Assembly: GCA_024654445.1 (NCBI GenBank)
Contig: JANLHP010000026.1
Location: 16,733-80,732 of the forward strand
Direction of reading: 5' to 3'
Source of the DNA: Candidatus Curtissbacteria bacterium
Lineage (GTDB): Bacteria; Patescibacteriota; Microgenomatia; Curtissbacterales; GWA2-41-24
Length of the DNA stretch: 64,000 nt
Shown: one piece after another, positions 28,706 to 37,836 of the stretch
Position numbering within the stretch: the first letter of the stretch is position 1
Layout: the number at the start of each line of letters is the position of its first letter
Notes under the pieces: model-generated
What the model was told of the DNA's origin: nothing
The model's input: the letters and a program-made list of their open reading frames with translations, nothing else
The model's database searches: none
Position numbers and translations under genes: made by a program

Positions 28706-28776
28706 AATTCAAATGTTTCAAACATTCTGAAAATTAGAATTTTGAACATTGTTTCTAATTTCGATATTCGAATTTT
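28663..28776. repeat. Imperfect inverted repeat built of 7-nt units (CGAAATT-like), overlapping the rmd-like stop and the gmd leader
   Basis: Left arm CGAAGCG-CGAAATT-CGAAATC-CGAAACA; right arm TGTTTCT-AATTTCG-ATATTCG-AATTTT. Confidence 0.78.
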
Positions 28777-28783
28777 AATCATT

Positions 28784-29758
28784 ATGGCACAAAAAAGAGC
28801 ACTGATTACCGGAATTACAGGGCAAGATGGGTCATATCTAGCAGAATTTCTCCTCGAAAAAAATTACAAGATTTTCGGCTTAACAAGAAGAACCTCAACG
28901 CCAAATTACGAAAGAATTAAGCACATAGAGAACGAAATAGAGCTGATTCCAGGGGACCTATTAGACCAGCAGTCCCTAACTTACGCAGTTGATCATTCGA
29001 AGCCTGACGAAGTTTATAACCTGGCAGCTCAAAGCTTTGTCGCAACATCCTGGTCGCAACCGGTATTAACGGGAGAATTCACAGCCTTAGGAACAACGAG
29101 AGTACTCGAAGCGGTAAGACAAGTAAAGCCAGACGCCAAGTTCTATCAGGCGTCATCCTCAGAAATGTTTGGACAGGTAGCAGAGACTCCCCAAACTGAA
29201 AAGACGCCATTTCACCCTAGAAGTCCTTACGGGGTAGCAAAAGTTTATGGACATTGGATAACCATTAATTATAGAGAATCTTACGGACTTTTTACTGTTT
29301 CCGGAATTCTTTTCAATCACGAATCGCCAAGGCGAGGGTTGGAATTCGTTACAAGAAAAATATCACACAGTGTTGCGAAAATTCATCTCGGCCAGCAAGA
29401 CCATATAGAGCTCGGAAACTTGGACGCAAAAAGAGATTGGGGTTTCTCGGGTGATTATGTTGAAGCAATGTGGATGATGTTGCAACAAAAAAATCCTGAA
29501 GATTTTGTAATCGCAACAGGAGAAAACCATTCAGTCAAAGAGTTTGTAGAAGAAGCCTTCGAGGCAATTGGAATTGACGACTGGCAAAAATATGTAAAAG
29601 TTTCGAAGGAATTTTATCGCCCGGCAGAAGTCGATTTTTTAATAGGTAATGCTGCTAAAGCAAAGAAAAAACTGGGTTGGGAACCAAGGGTATCCTTCCC
29701 GGAACTCGTCAAAATGATGGTGGAGTCTGACATTAAACTTTTGCAAAAAAATTCCTAA
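28784..29758 (+). CDS. gmd: GDP-mannose 4,6-dehydratase
   Basis: [57 protein letters not shown]. Start ATG 28784. Confidence 0.96.
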   Translation: MAQKRALITGITGQDGSYLAEFLLEKNYKIFGLTRRTSTPNYERIKHIENEIELIPGDLLDQQSLTYAVDHSKPDEVYNLAAQSFVATSWSQPVLTGEFTALGTTRVLEAVRQVKPDAKFYQASSSEMFGQVAETPQTEKTPFHPRSPYGVAKVYGHWITINYRESYGLFTVSGILFNHESPRRGLEFVTRKISHSVAKIHLGQQDHIELGNLDAKRDWGFSGDYVEAMWMMLQQKNPEDFVIATGENHSVKEFVEEAFEAIGIDDWQKYVKVSKEFYRPAEVDFLIGNAAKAKKKLGWEPRVSFPELVKMMVESDIKLLQKNS

Positions 29759-30967
29759 ATGAGATTAGTTGTTAATATCCCGACATACAATGAAAGAGAG
29801 AACATTGAAGAGATTATAAAAAGAGTTTTAGAACAATCCAAAAACCTAAAAGATTTAGATCTCCATGTTCTAGTTTCGGACAGCCATTCCCCAGATGGAA
29901 CTGGAGATGTCGTTAAGAAAATCTCAAGATACAACCCTCGAGTTCACTACTTAGATGTTAAAGAAAGGGGCTTAGGAGTTGGTATCGTAAAAGGACACAG
30001 ATACGCAATCAATAAGCTCAAGGCTGATTTACTAGCTCAAATGGACGGCGATTTGTCCCACGACCCATCATCTCTGCCTAAAATGGTGGACTACATTAAA
30101 GAAGGATACGACCTGGTTAATGGGTCCAGGATGACAAAAGGTGGCAAAAACCTTCTAGGGTGGCACAGAAGGCTCTTTACAAAGGGATCTGCTCTTTATT
30201 GTAGGCTAGCTTGGGGAACGTGGAAGCTGACAGAATATACCAACTCTTACAGAGTTTTTACAAAGAAACTGTTTGAAAACATAGATTTTAAAAACGTCCC
30301 CTGGAAATCCAAAACATATATCATCCAGCCGGCTTTTCTCTATGCGGCAATAAGAGCGGGAGCCAAAATAAAAGAAGTACCAATTACTTTTACAGATAGA
30401 AAAAATGGATACTCAAAAGCTAAAATAATACACTACATAATCGATGTTCTATTTTTTGGAATTAAAGTTAGGCTGAAAAGATCCAAAACTTTTGTAAAGT
30501 TTCTTTCGGTAGGAACTCTTACCTACTTTGTAAATGCCATCTCTCTCGGACTCCTAAACAGAGGCCAAATTTACAATTTACCTGTAGTTTCAAAACCTCT
30601 TCTCGATTTTATTCCCCCTTATGATGGCGCCCCGCAATTTTTATTTATAACGATCGACAGGCTGCTCGTCGCATCAATAATCTCCATAGAATTATCAATT
30701 ATTATCAACTTTTTATTCCACGACAATTGGACCTTTAAGCACAGATCTCACAAAGGTCACCAAGTTGTTAGGTTCTTTAAATTTAATATTACCTCCATCG
30801 GAAGCCCCATCATCCAGTTAGTGTCGATACTATTCTTCGCGAGGGCTCTAGGGATGCACGAACAGATAGGTTTAGCAGTCGGCGTAGTAATCGGATTATT
30901 TTTCAACTATTTTATTAATCTTCTGTGGATCTGGAGACCCGAACCCAAAGAAGCAGCTTTACAATAG
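29759..30967 (+). CDS. Polyprenol-monophosphate-sugar synthase (GT2) fused to a GtrA-like flippase domain
   Basis: IPTYNERENI, DSHSPDGT, MDGDLSHDP, GSR; C-terminal 4-TM GtrA-like region (NFLFHDNWTF, NYFINLLWIW). Confidence 0.87.
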   Translation: MRLVVNIPTYNERENIEEIIKRVLEQSKNLKDLDLHVLVSDSHSPDGTGDVVKKISRYNPRVHYLDVKERGLGVGIVKGHRYAINKLKADLLAQMDGDLSHDPSSLPKMVDYIKEGYDLVNGSRMTKGGKNLLGWHRRLFTKGSALYCRLAWGTWKLTEYTNSYRVFTKKLFENIDFKNVPWKSKTYIIQPAFLYAAIRAGAKIKEVPITFTDRKNGYSKAKIIHYIIDVLFFGIKVRLKRSKTFVKFLSVGTLTYFVNAISLGLLNRGQIYNLPVVSKPLLDFIPPYDGAPQFLFITIDRLLVASIISIELSIIINFLFHDNWTFKHRSHKGHQVVRFFKFNITSIGSPIIQLVSILFFARALGMHEQIGLAVGVVIGLFFNYFINLLWIWRPEPKEAALQ

Positions 30968-30977
30968 ACCAATCTTT

Positions 30978-32510
30978 ATGCCCGCCTTCTTTCATAAAAC
31001 CCTCAACTTGTCTGGGCAAAGGAAAATTCAGCTCGCCATCTTAGCCGTCGTTTTGGTTGCAGCAATCTTTTTGAGATTTTGGCAGATAAGAGAATACGTC
31101 ATATTTTTAGGAGACGAAGGGAGAGATTCAATCGTCCTGAGGAATATGATAATAAACAAAAGGCCCACGTTTCTTGGCCCCACAGCATCTGTTGGCGGTT
31201 TCTATCTTGGCCCTATTTATTATTGGATGGCGGCACCATTTTTACTTTTGTCCGCTTTTGACCCGATCGGCCCCTCGTATCTTGTGGCCACAATCGGTGT
31301 TGCGACGGTCTTACTTCTATATAAATTTGTCAAAGATATAGTAGGTTTTTGGCCTGCAATTATCGCAAGCTCGCTTTATGCAACTGCACCTCTAATAGTT
31401 AGATATTCAAGATCATCCTGGAATCCAAATCCTCTACCGTTTTTTGCCCTACTCATGCTTTATATGATTTATCTTGGAATCAAAAAAAACAGCCTTAAAT
31501 ACTTTCTATTCGCGGGAATGAGCTTTGGAATCGCAATCCAATTGCATTACCTCGCGATTAACTTAATACCAATTGCCGCAATTATTGTGCTTCTTAATCT
31601 AAATTACCGGAAGCTACTGCCAGCACTTTTACTTGGTCTTGCCGGCTCGATTATAACCTTTTCTCCTTTTCTCCTTTTTGAGGTTAAACACAACTTCCCG
31701 AACTTCCGAACTATTTTAGAATTTGTGACCCGCGATGCAACACACGGCTACAAGTCTTATGACTTAATTAGCATCTTTGGCAACTTCGGCAATATATTTT
31801 TAGAGGAAATCTCAAAACTTAAAGGAACAATTATCACTAGAATTGTTTTGTGGGGTCTCGGCCTCGGTGCAATAGCAGGGGTTATAAAGTATTGGAAGGA
31901 CAAAGACAAAAGGCTAGCATTTACACTAAGCGCTATTTGGTTCTTGGGCGGCCTTCTTTTTTTACGATTTTATACCGGGCAGATTTATGATTACTACTTC
32001 GGATTTATGTTCCCCGCGCCCTTTTTGCTTCTCGGAGTGATTATAGGACCTCTGTGGAGGAAAAATCTTGCAAAATTAATTGTCATAGCATTCTCAATAA
32101 TTGCTATCTCTTGGTTTCTTAAGAACGAATTTTACACTTCACCGCCCAATAACATCATTAAACAAACGGAAGAAATCGCAGAAGCCGTAATAGAAAAGTC
32201 GGAAGGGAAACCTTACAATTTTGCACTCATTAGTAGCAGCAATAGCGATCATGCGTACAGATATTTTCTCGAAATAAAAGGCCACAAACCTACAAGCCTT
32301 GAAACTCTTGTAACCGACCAATTACTTATAGTATGCGAATCAAAAGATTGTCATCCGCTTGGCCACTCCCTTTGGGAGATCGCAGCGTTTGGTAGGGGAG
32401 AGATAGTCAGCGAGTGGGAACTTGAAGATTTAGGCATTAAAGTAGTTAAATTAAGACATTGGCCTGGCGCACCATCCCCTGCCGGTAAACCTGCTCAAAA
32501 AGGCGCTTAA
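30978..32510 (+). CDS. GT-C (ArnT/PMT-like) membrane glycosyltransferase
   Basis: LRFW...FLGDEGRD, LGPIYYW, SRSSWNPN, QLHY; multi-TM. Confidence 0.8.
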   Translation: MPAFFHKTLNLSGQRKIQLAILAVVLVAAIFLRFWQIREYVIFLGDEGRDSIVLRNMIINKRPTFLGPTASVGGFYLGPIYYWMAAPFLLLSAFDPIGPSYLVATIGVATVLLLYKFVKDIVGFWPAIIASSLYATAPLIVRYSRSSWNPNPLPFFALLMLYMIYLGIKKNSLKYFLFAGMSFGIAIQLHYLAINLIPIAAIIVLLNLNYRKLLPALLLGLAGSIITFSPFLLFEVKHNFPNFRTILEFVTRDATHGYKSYDLISIFGNFGNIFLEEISKLKGTIITRIVLWGLGLGAIAGVIKYWKDKDKRLAFTLSAIWFLGGLLFLRFYTGQIYDYYFGFMFPAPFLLLGVIIGPLWRKNLAKLIVIAFSIIAISWFLKNEFYTSPPNNIIKQTEEIAEAVIEKSEGKPYNFALISSSNSDHAYRYFLEIKGHKPTSLETLVTDQLLIVCESKDCHPLGHSLWEIAAFGRGEIVSEWELEDLGIKVVKLRHWPGAPSPAGKPAQKGA

Positions 32511-32579
32511 CTCAAGAAAGCGATTACACACTTCCGAGATGCCAATGACAATAAAGATGATTTTTTCTGCTCGCTCTTG

Positions 32580-32626
32580 TAAACTTGAAAGACGATACCG
32601 AGGGCTTTCAGCCCTCGGAAGTTTAT
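32580..32626 (+). mobile_element. Solo IS200/IS605-like end (family A) abutting the pyrB start
   Basis: TAAACTT...CCGAGGGCT-TTC-AGCCCTCGG-AAGTTTAT; near-identical inverted copy at 60098-60145; same architecture at 37966-38011. Confidence 0.6.
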
Positions 32627-33554
32627 GAAGCTAAAACACGTAGTCTCCGCGACACAATTTGACACTGATACACTGCGTAAATTGTTTAATACCGCCTCAA
32701 AAATTAAAAACGGTAATTACCCAAAGAAAGCTCTTAATGGAAAAATTATGGCAGCAATTTTCTATGAACCCTCAACAAGAACGAGGCTTTCTTTTGAAGC
32801 CGCAATGCAAAGACTTGGTGGGCAAGTCATTTCTACTGAAAACGCGAGTCAATTTTCATCCGCGTCCAAAGGTGAAACCCTAGAGGATACTGTAAGAATA
32901 ATAAGTTCTTACGCGGACGTCATTGTTCTAAGGCATTTCTCACCGGGGGCTTCAGATATCGCGTCCAAATTTTCATCGGTCCCTGTTATTAACGCCGGGG
33001 ACGGGAACGGAGAACATCCAACGCAAGCATTGCTTGACCTTTTTACAATTTTTGGGAAATTTTCAAAAAATGGATCCTTGCCGCCAAAATTCACAGTTGC
33101 AATGGTAGGAGATTTAACAAATGGTAGAACGATACACTCCCTATCGTACTTGCTTTCGCTTTACCCAAAAGTAAAAATAATTTTTGTTTCGCCAAAAGCA
33201 CTCACAGCGCCAAATAGCTTAACGAGTCACTTAAGAGAGAAAAATATTGATTTCTTAGAAACTGAAGACTTTAAGTATGCCTTAAAAGTTGCTGACGTTG
33301 TTTATCAAACGCGGATACAAAAGGAAAGATTCAAAGGCAAAAAAGATTATAAGAAATATTTCGGCAGTTTTATTCTCGACAATAAAACGATTTCTCTTAT
33401 GAAAAGAAATGCGGCAATAATGCACCCCCTTCCTCGAGTGAATGAAATTAACCCTGAGATAGACGATGACAAGAGATCGATATACTTTGAACAAGCCCAA
33501 AATGGGCTTTATATTCGAATGGCTTTGCTTCTTTTTCTCTTTGACAAAGCCTAA
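32625..33554 (+). CDS. pyrB: Aspartate carbamoyltransferase catalytic subunit
   Basis: FYEPSTRTRLSF, KGETLEDT, NAGDG.GEHPTQALLD, TRIQKER, HPLPR. Confidence 0.96.
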   Translation: MKLKHVVSATQFDTDTLRKLFNTASKIKNGNYPKKALNGKIMAAIFYEPSTRTRLSFEAAMQRLGGQVISTENASQFSSASKGETLEDTVRIISSYADVIVLRHFSPGASDIASKFSSVPVINAGDGNGEHPTQALLDLFTIFGKFSKNGSLPPKFTVAMVGDLTNGRTIHSLSYLLSLYPKVKIIFVSPKALTAPNSLTSHLREKNIDFLETEDFKYALKVADVVYQTRIQKERFKGKKDYKKYFGSFILDNKTISLMKRNAAIMHPLPRVNEINPEIDDDKRSIYFEQAQNGLYIRMALLLFLFDKA

Positions 33555-33570
33555 ATCACAAAGCGATAAT
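33541..33570 (+). promoter_or_regulatory. Putative leaderless sigma70 promoter overlapping the pyrB 3' end
   Basis: TTGACA-18 nt-GATAAT, 6 nt before ATG 33577. Confidence 0.55.
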
Positions 33571-33576
33571 GTTTTA

Positions 33577-34332
33577 ATGGCGGACAAGCCCCACCTAACA
33601 GTTATAATTCCAGCCTACAACGAAGAGCCTAACTTCAAGAAGGGGACCATAGACGGCGTTCCTGAGTATTTGGAAAAGCAAAATTATTCTTGGGAAATAC
33701 TAATAGTCGATGATGGTTCCGACGACAATACAGCATCACTTGCCGAAGAATTTGCCAAAAAGCATAACAACATACGAGTTATTAAAAATCCTCATCAAGG
33801 TAAGGCCGAAACAGTTAAAACCGGGGTAGAAAAGGCAGACGGTGAGCTGATTCTTTTTACGGACTTTGACCAAGCGACTCCTATATCTGAAGCAGAAAGA
33901 CTACTTCCATTTTTCCCCGAATACGATATAGTTATCGGCTCAAGACAGTTACCGGGAGCCAAAAGAGAAAAAGAGCCGATATACAGGCACATAATGGGCC
34001 TAGGATTTAATTTAGTAGTCCAAGTAATCGCGATTCGTGGAATTTGGGACACACAAGCAGGGTTTAAATGCTTTAAGGCAGAAGTTGCTAAAGAACTATT
34101 CGGTCATTTGCAAGTGTACGGCCGCGGCAAGAAAGTTAAAGGAGCTCTTGTTACCGCTTTTGACGTGGAGCTTTTATTTATCGCTAAAAAGAAAGGCTAT
34201 AAAATTAAAGAAGTTGCGATCGCTTGGCATCATGTTGCGACAACTCGCGTCAGCCCAATTAAAGATTCTTTAAGAATGTTTCGCGACGTTCTTAAGGTAA
34301 GACTTAATGATATAAAAGGTGTTTACAAATAA
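33577..34332 (+). CDS. Polyprenyl-phosphate beta-glucosyltransferase-like GT2 (Alg5/DPG-synthase type)
   Basis: IIPAYNEE, VDDGSDD, GKAETVKTG, TDFDQATP, DTQAGFK, FDVELL. Start reassigned to ATG 33577. Confidence 0.87.
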   Translation: MADKPHLTVIIPAYNEEPNFKKGTIDGVPEYLEKQNYSWEILIVDDGSDDNTASLAEEFAKKHNNIRVIKNPHQGKAETVKTGVEKADGELILFTDFDQATPISEAERLLPFFPEYDIVIGSRQLPGAKREKEPIYRHIMGLGFNLVVQVIAIRGIWDTQAGFKCFKAEVAKELFGHLQVYGRGKKVKGALVTAFDVELLFIAKKKGYKIKEVAIAWHHVATTRVSPIKDSLRMFRDVLKVRLNDIKGVYK

Positions 34333-35530
34333 CTTCAAAGGATTAGAAAAAGTCCTTCTCGTTATAAATTTTTTTCTGTATTTGCCTCTAGCAATTTTTT
34401 CCTATTCTTACGTCGATTTAAATCTAACCCTCTCACAAAATCCGCTGGCCCTCAGCATCATTAGCACTTTGCAACAACTGGGATATTTCAACAGACAGTC
34501 AGCAACATTCATTTTTATATTTTCAATAACCACAGTTTTTTGTTTTTTTGCTTACAATCTTTGGCTTTTTAAAAAAGGGAAAATATCCGCAAATTATCTT
34601 AAAGTTGCAACAATAGGTAACACTATTATTCTCATTTTTGCTTACCCTTTTCTTTCATCCGACATTTTCAACTACATGTTTGATGCAAAAATTATTACGC
34701 AGTATCACGCCAATCCTTACACACATAAACCATTAGATTTTCCAAGCGACGAGTGGATAAGATTTATGCGCTGGGTACACAGATACTCTCCCTACGGACC
34801 ATTATGGCTCGTTATGTCGACAATTCCCTCAATCCTAGGATTTGGAAAGTTCATAACAACCCTTTTCGCATTTAAAATCTCAATCGGCATCTTCCATCTA
34901 GTGAACTCTTATCTTATCTACAGAATACTCAAAATAACAAATCCCAAAGCACTTTTACTGGGCACTGCGTTCTATGCAATGAATCCGCTCTTTCTCATAG
35001 AAGGAGTCGCAAACGGCCACAATGATCTTATTTTGGCAACCTTTTTACTTGCATCCATATTTCTTTTTACGAGCAAGAGATATTCTTTGTCACTAATAAC
35101 ACTTCTTGCCGGAGCTTTAGTAAAGTACATACCGATTCTTAATCTACCTTGGCTCATTTGGGCAAAGCTAACAAAACAAAAAAACGTCGAAAAGCTAATT
35201 TTTCTTAACTTGCTTACGATGATTGCGTTCACGATTATATTTTCGACCACTAAAATATCGACCCCCTTTGTCTCTTCTGGCGCAACACAAGTTCAATTCC
35301 AACCATGGTATCTTTTTTGGACAGTACCGTACGTCTCCTTACTTGCAAAAAAAGAGTTGATTTTAGCGGCTTTTATAGTCTGTTATGGCGCGATGCTAAG
35401 GTATTTGCCCTTCCTTTATTATGGTGACTGGTCTCAACCAGGAACAACCACATTTATGAAATTTTCGATTTTAATTCCTTTAATAATTGCCGCAGTAATA
35501 TCTGTTATTCCTCGTTTTTCCAAAAGATGA
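34319..35530 (+). CDS. GT-C membrane glycosyltransferase (MptA/MptB-like polyprenol-phosphomannose-dependent family)
   Basis: SSDIFNY, SPYGPLW, NPL..IEGVANGHND, QPWY. Confidence 0.72.
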   Translation: MFTNNFKGLEKVLLVINFFLYLPLAIFSYSYVDLNLTLSQNPLALSIISTLQQLGYFNRQSATFIFIFSITTVFCFFAYNLWLFKKGKISANYLKVATIGNTIILIFAYPFLSSDIFNYMFDAKIITQYHANPYTHKPLDFPSDEWIRFMRWVHRYSPYGPLWLVMSTIPSILGFGKFITTLFAFKISIGIFHLVNSYLIYRILKITNPKALLLGTAFYAMNPLFLIEGVANGHNDLILATFLLASIFLFTSKRYSLSLITLLAGALVKYIPILNLPWLIWAKLTKQKNVEKLIFLNLLTMIAFTIIFSTTKISTPFVSSGATQVQFQPWYLFWTVPYVSLLAKKELILAAFIVCYGAMLRYLPFLYYGDWSQPGTTTFMKFSILIPLIIAAVISVIPRFSKR

Positions 35531-36135
35531 TACACACTGCTTGGCCTGTTGCCTTAGTAATACTTTTAGTTGCAACAGCCTACTCACACTTTTTAATTAA
35601 GAGAAAATCGACAATTTTGTTGAGTTTTTTGCTCCTTGTTATAAGCCCGTACTTTCTGATGCTCATATTTTCAAACCCAACAATCACTGAAGAATTTCCA
35701 ACGATTGTAAAATGTAATCAAGGATCCAACAACTTCTCCTGTCTAGCGTCCACGGAATTTTTATTCTTCAACGCAAATGAGTACTTCCCTAAAAACATCG
35801 GCGATTATGGTCTCTTTCTCCCAAGCTTTATTTTTCTAACTCTCGCTGGGATCTATCGAGTATCTAAAGAAAGAGAGCCTTCTTACTTAGGACTTTTAGT
35901 ATTGCTCGCGCTTTCTATTTTCGTGTCGTACATTCAACCAGAAAACAACCTCTCCAGAAAACTATTATTCGTGCCAATACTTTCAGTCTTAATAACCATC
36001 GGCGCAGACCAAATATTTTTCCCAAAAAAGCGTAATTTAAAATACATAGTGACATCTTTAGGGCTAATTCTCCTCGTCTCATATGAAGCTGCGAGAATGT
36101 ATCAAATTATTATCTATCACAATCCGTTTGCATAA
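35527..36135 (+). CDS. Small membrane protein resembling the C-terminal half of a GT-C protein
   Basis: STEFLFF...GDYGLFLPSFIFLTLAGIY resembles SFDFLAV.GD...GQLYLLEIPFIVVGLIY in the next gene; lacks the N-terminal DE loop. Confidence 0.55.
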   Translation: MIHTAWPVALVILLVATAYSHFLIKRKSTILLSFLLLVISPYFLMLIFSNPTITEEFPTIVKCNQGSNNFSCLASTEFLFFNANEYFPKNIGDYGLFLPSFIFLTLAGIYRVSKEREPSYLGLLVLLALSIFVSYIQPENNLSRKLLFVPILSVLITIGADQIFFPKKRNLKYIVTSLGLILLVSYEAARMYQIIIYHNPFA

Positions 36136-37836
36136 ATGAATAGAAAACTCATTCTCACACTTATCATTGTTTTCGCTGCTTTCCTGCGCCTTTACGACTT
36201 GCAGCACTTCCCTCCCGGTCTTTATTCGGACGAAGCCGCATATGGATATAACGCCTATTCAATACTAAAAACTGGCCGTGACGAATATGGAAATTTCCTA
36301 CCACTCACCCTCAAAAGCTTCGGCGATTATAAACCTGTTGGGACCGCTTACTTAACCATTCCTTTCGTTGCGATTTTTGGGTTGAATGAAATTGCCGTTC
36401 GCCTGCCTTCTGCTATCTTTGGCACGGTCACTATCGCCTTAGTCTACTTTATTGCTAAAGAAATCAACTCCGAACCAGCTTATGAAAAAACACTTAAATT
36501 TCTTCCAGAAACAGCGAGTCTAATGCTCGCCATATCTCCATGGCATATTCATCTGACAAGAAGCAGCATGCTAGTAGGAATTGAGAGTGCCTTAATCGCC
36601 TCGGGATTTTTATTCTTCATAAAAGGTCTAAAAAATTCAAAATTCCTTTTTGTGTCAGCTGCTTCTTTCGTTGCTGCTATCTATACTTATTATGGTTCCA
36701 GATTAACGGTTTTATTACTTATCCTAAGTCTTGTTCTAATTTTTCATAAAAGACTATCTCAACTTAAAACCGCGGTCGCAAAAAGTATTATTTTTGCCCT
36801 AATTCTTCTTCTGCCAATGGCGCTTTCAATTGTCAGAGACCCCAGTGCACTACTTGGCCGGGTTTCAACAATTAGTATTTTTTTCGATCCGGGTATTAAA
36901 TCTAAGCTTTGGGAAATGCACACCTTAGATGGAGCAAATTTTCCACCGCTCGTTAGCCGTTTCTTTCACAACAAGCCTTACTTTTACTTTACAGATTTCC
37001 AAAGACGTTATCTTCAACACTTTTCTTTTGATTTTTTGGCAGTAAGCGGTGATCCGCATCCTCCATTTAATATTCCAAAAATGGGTCAACTTTATCTTTT
37101 AGAAATTCCTTTTATAGTCGTCGGATTAATTTATTTAATCTCCATGCAATCTAAAATCACTCGCTCTCTGCTCGCCTATTTACTGATTGCTCCTGTTGCG
37201 GCCTCCTTAACTTTTATTACGCCAGCTGCAAACAGATCATTCAATATGGTAGTTCCTCTAACGCTTGCCTCAGCAGCCGGTATCTTGGTAAGTGCCAACT
37301 ATGTGAGTAGGAAAACTAAAATTAAGTCAAAAGCTTTCATCGCAACAATAATTATCCTTTACGTTGCTTCTTTCACTTTTTATTTAAATTCTTATTTTAA
37401 AAAAATCCCTATGGAAATACCTGACTCATGGCACTACGGAAGACGTCAATTAGTGGAAAAAGTAAGCAAACACGAAGACAGCTATGAAAAAGTTCTGTTA
37501 ACGGAAGAGGAAGGACCGACTTACATTTGGCTGCTTTTTTATAAACAATACGAACCTGAGACCTATTGGGAAAGTGCTAAGATAACTCCTCAACCAGACT
37601 ATTTAGGCTGGCTGCACATTCTTTCTTTTGGTAAATATTATTTTGAACCAGATCTTAACTGGGAAGAAAGAGAAAAAGAACCAAAAACACTTTACGTCGC
37701 ATATCGTGACCAACTACCCGACAACTGGGAAGGTCAAGTGCAAGATAAGAATTATAAATTAGTAATCGATGAAAGAATCCTTTACCCTAACGGCAAAACA
37801 GTCTACAAGATTGGGCATTTATCTGAAGCAAAATGA
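36136..37836 (+). CDS. GT-C (ArnT/PMT-like) membrane glycosyltransferase
   Basis: LRLYDL..PPGLYSDEAAYGYNAYSILKTGRDEYG, AVRLPSA, SPWHI; multi-TM plus C-terminal domain. Confidence 0.82.
   Translation: MNRKLILTLIIVFAAFLRLYDLQHFPPGLYSDEAAYGYNAYSILKTGRDEYGNFLPLTLKSFGDYKPVGTAYLTIPFVAIFGLNEIAVRLPSAIFGTVTIALVYFIAKEINSEPAYEKTLKFLPETASLMLAISPWHIHLTRSSMLVGIESALIASGFLFFIKGLKNSKFLFVSAASFVAAIYTYYGSRLTVLLLILSLVLIFHKRLSQLKTAVAKSIIFALILLLPMALSIVRDPSALLGRVSTISIFFDPGIKSKLWEMHTLDGANFPPLVSRFFHNKPYFYFTDFQRRYLQHFSFDFLAVSGDPHPPFNIPKMGQLYLLEIPFIVVGLIYLISMQSKITRSLLAYLLIAPVAASLTFITPAANRSFNMVVPLTLASAAGILVSANYVSRKTKIKSKAFIATIIILYVASFTFYLNSYFKKIPMEIPDSWHYGRRQLVEKVSKHEDSYEKVLLTEEEGPTYIWLLFYKQYEPETYWESAKITPQPDYLGWLHILSFGKYYFEPDLNWEEREKEPKTLYVAYRDQLPDNWEGQVQDKNYKLVIDERILYPNGKTVYKIGHLSEAK

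Noticed and set aside
27716-29758. Calling the gmd partner fcl (GDP-L-fucose synthase)
   Set aside because: Its motifs (RPFNHIGPRQ, GNL..DFTDVRD) are Gmd/Rmd-like rather than Fcl-like.
32511-32552. GATTAC...CAATGACA remnant resembling a GTCATTG-type REP
   Set aside because: Too degenerate to support as a feature.
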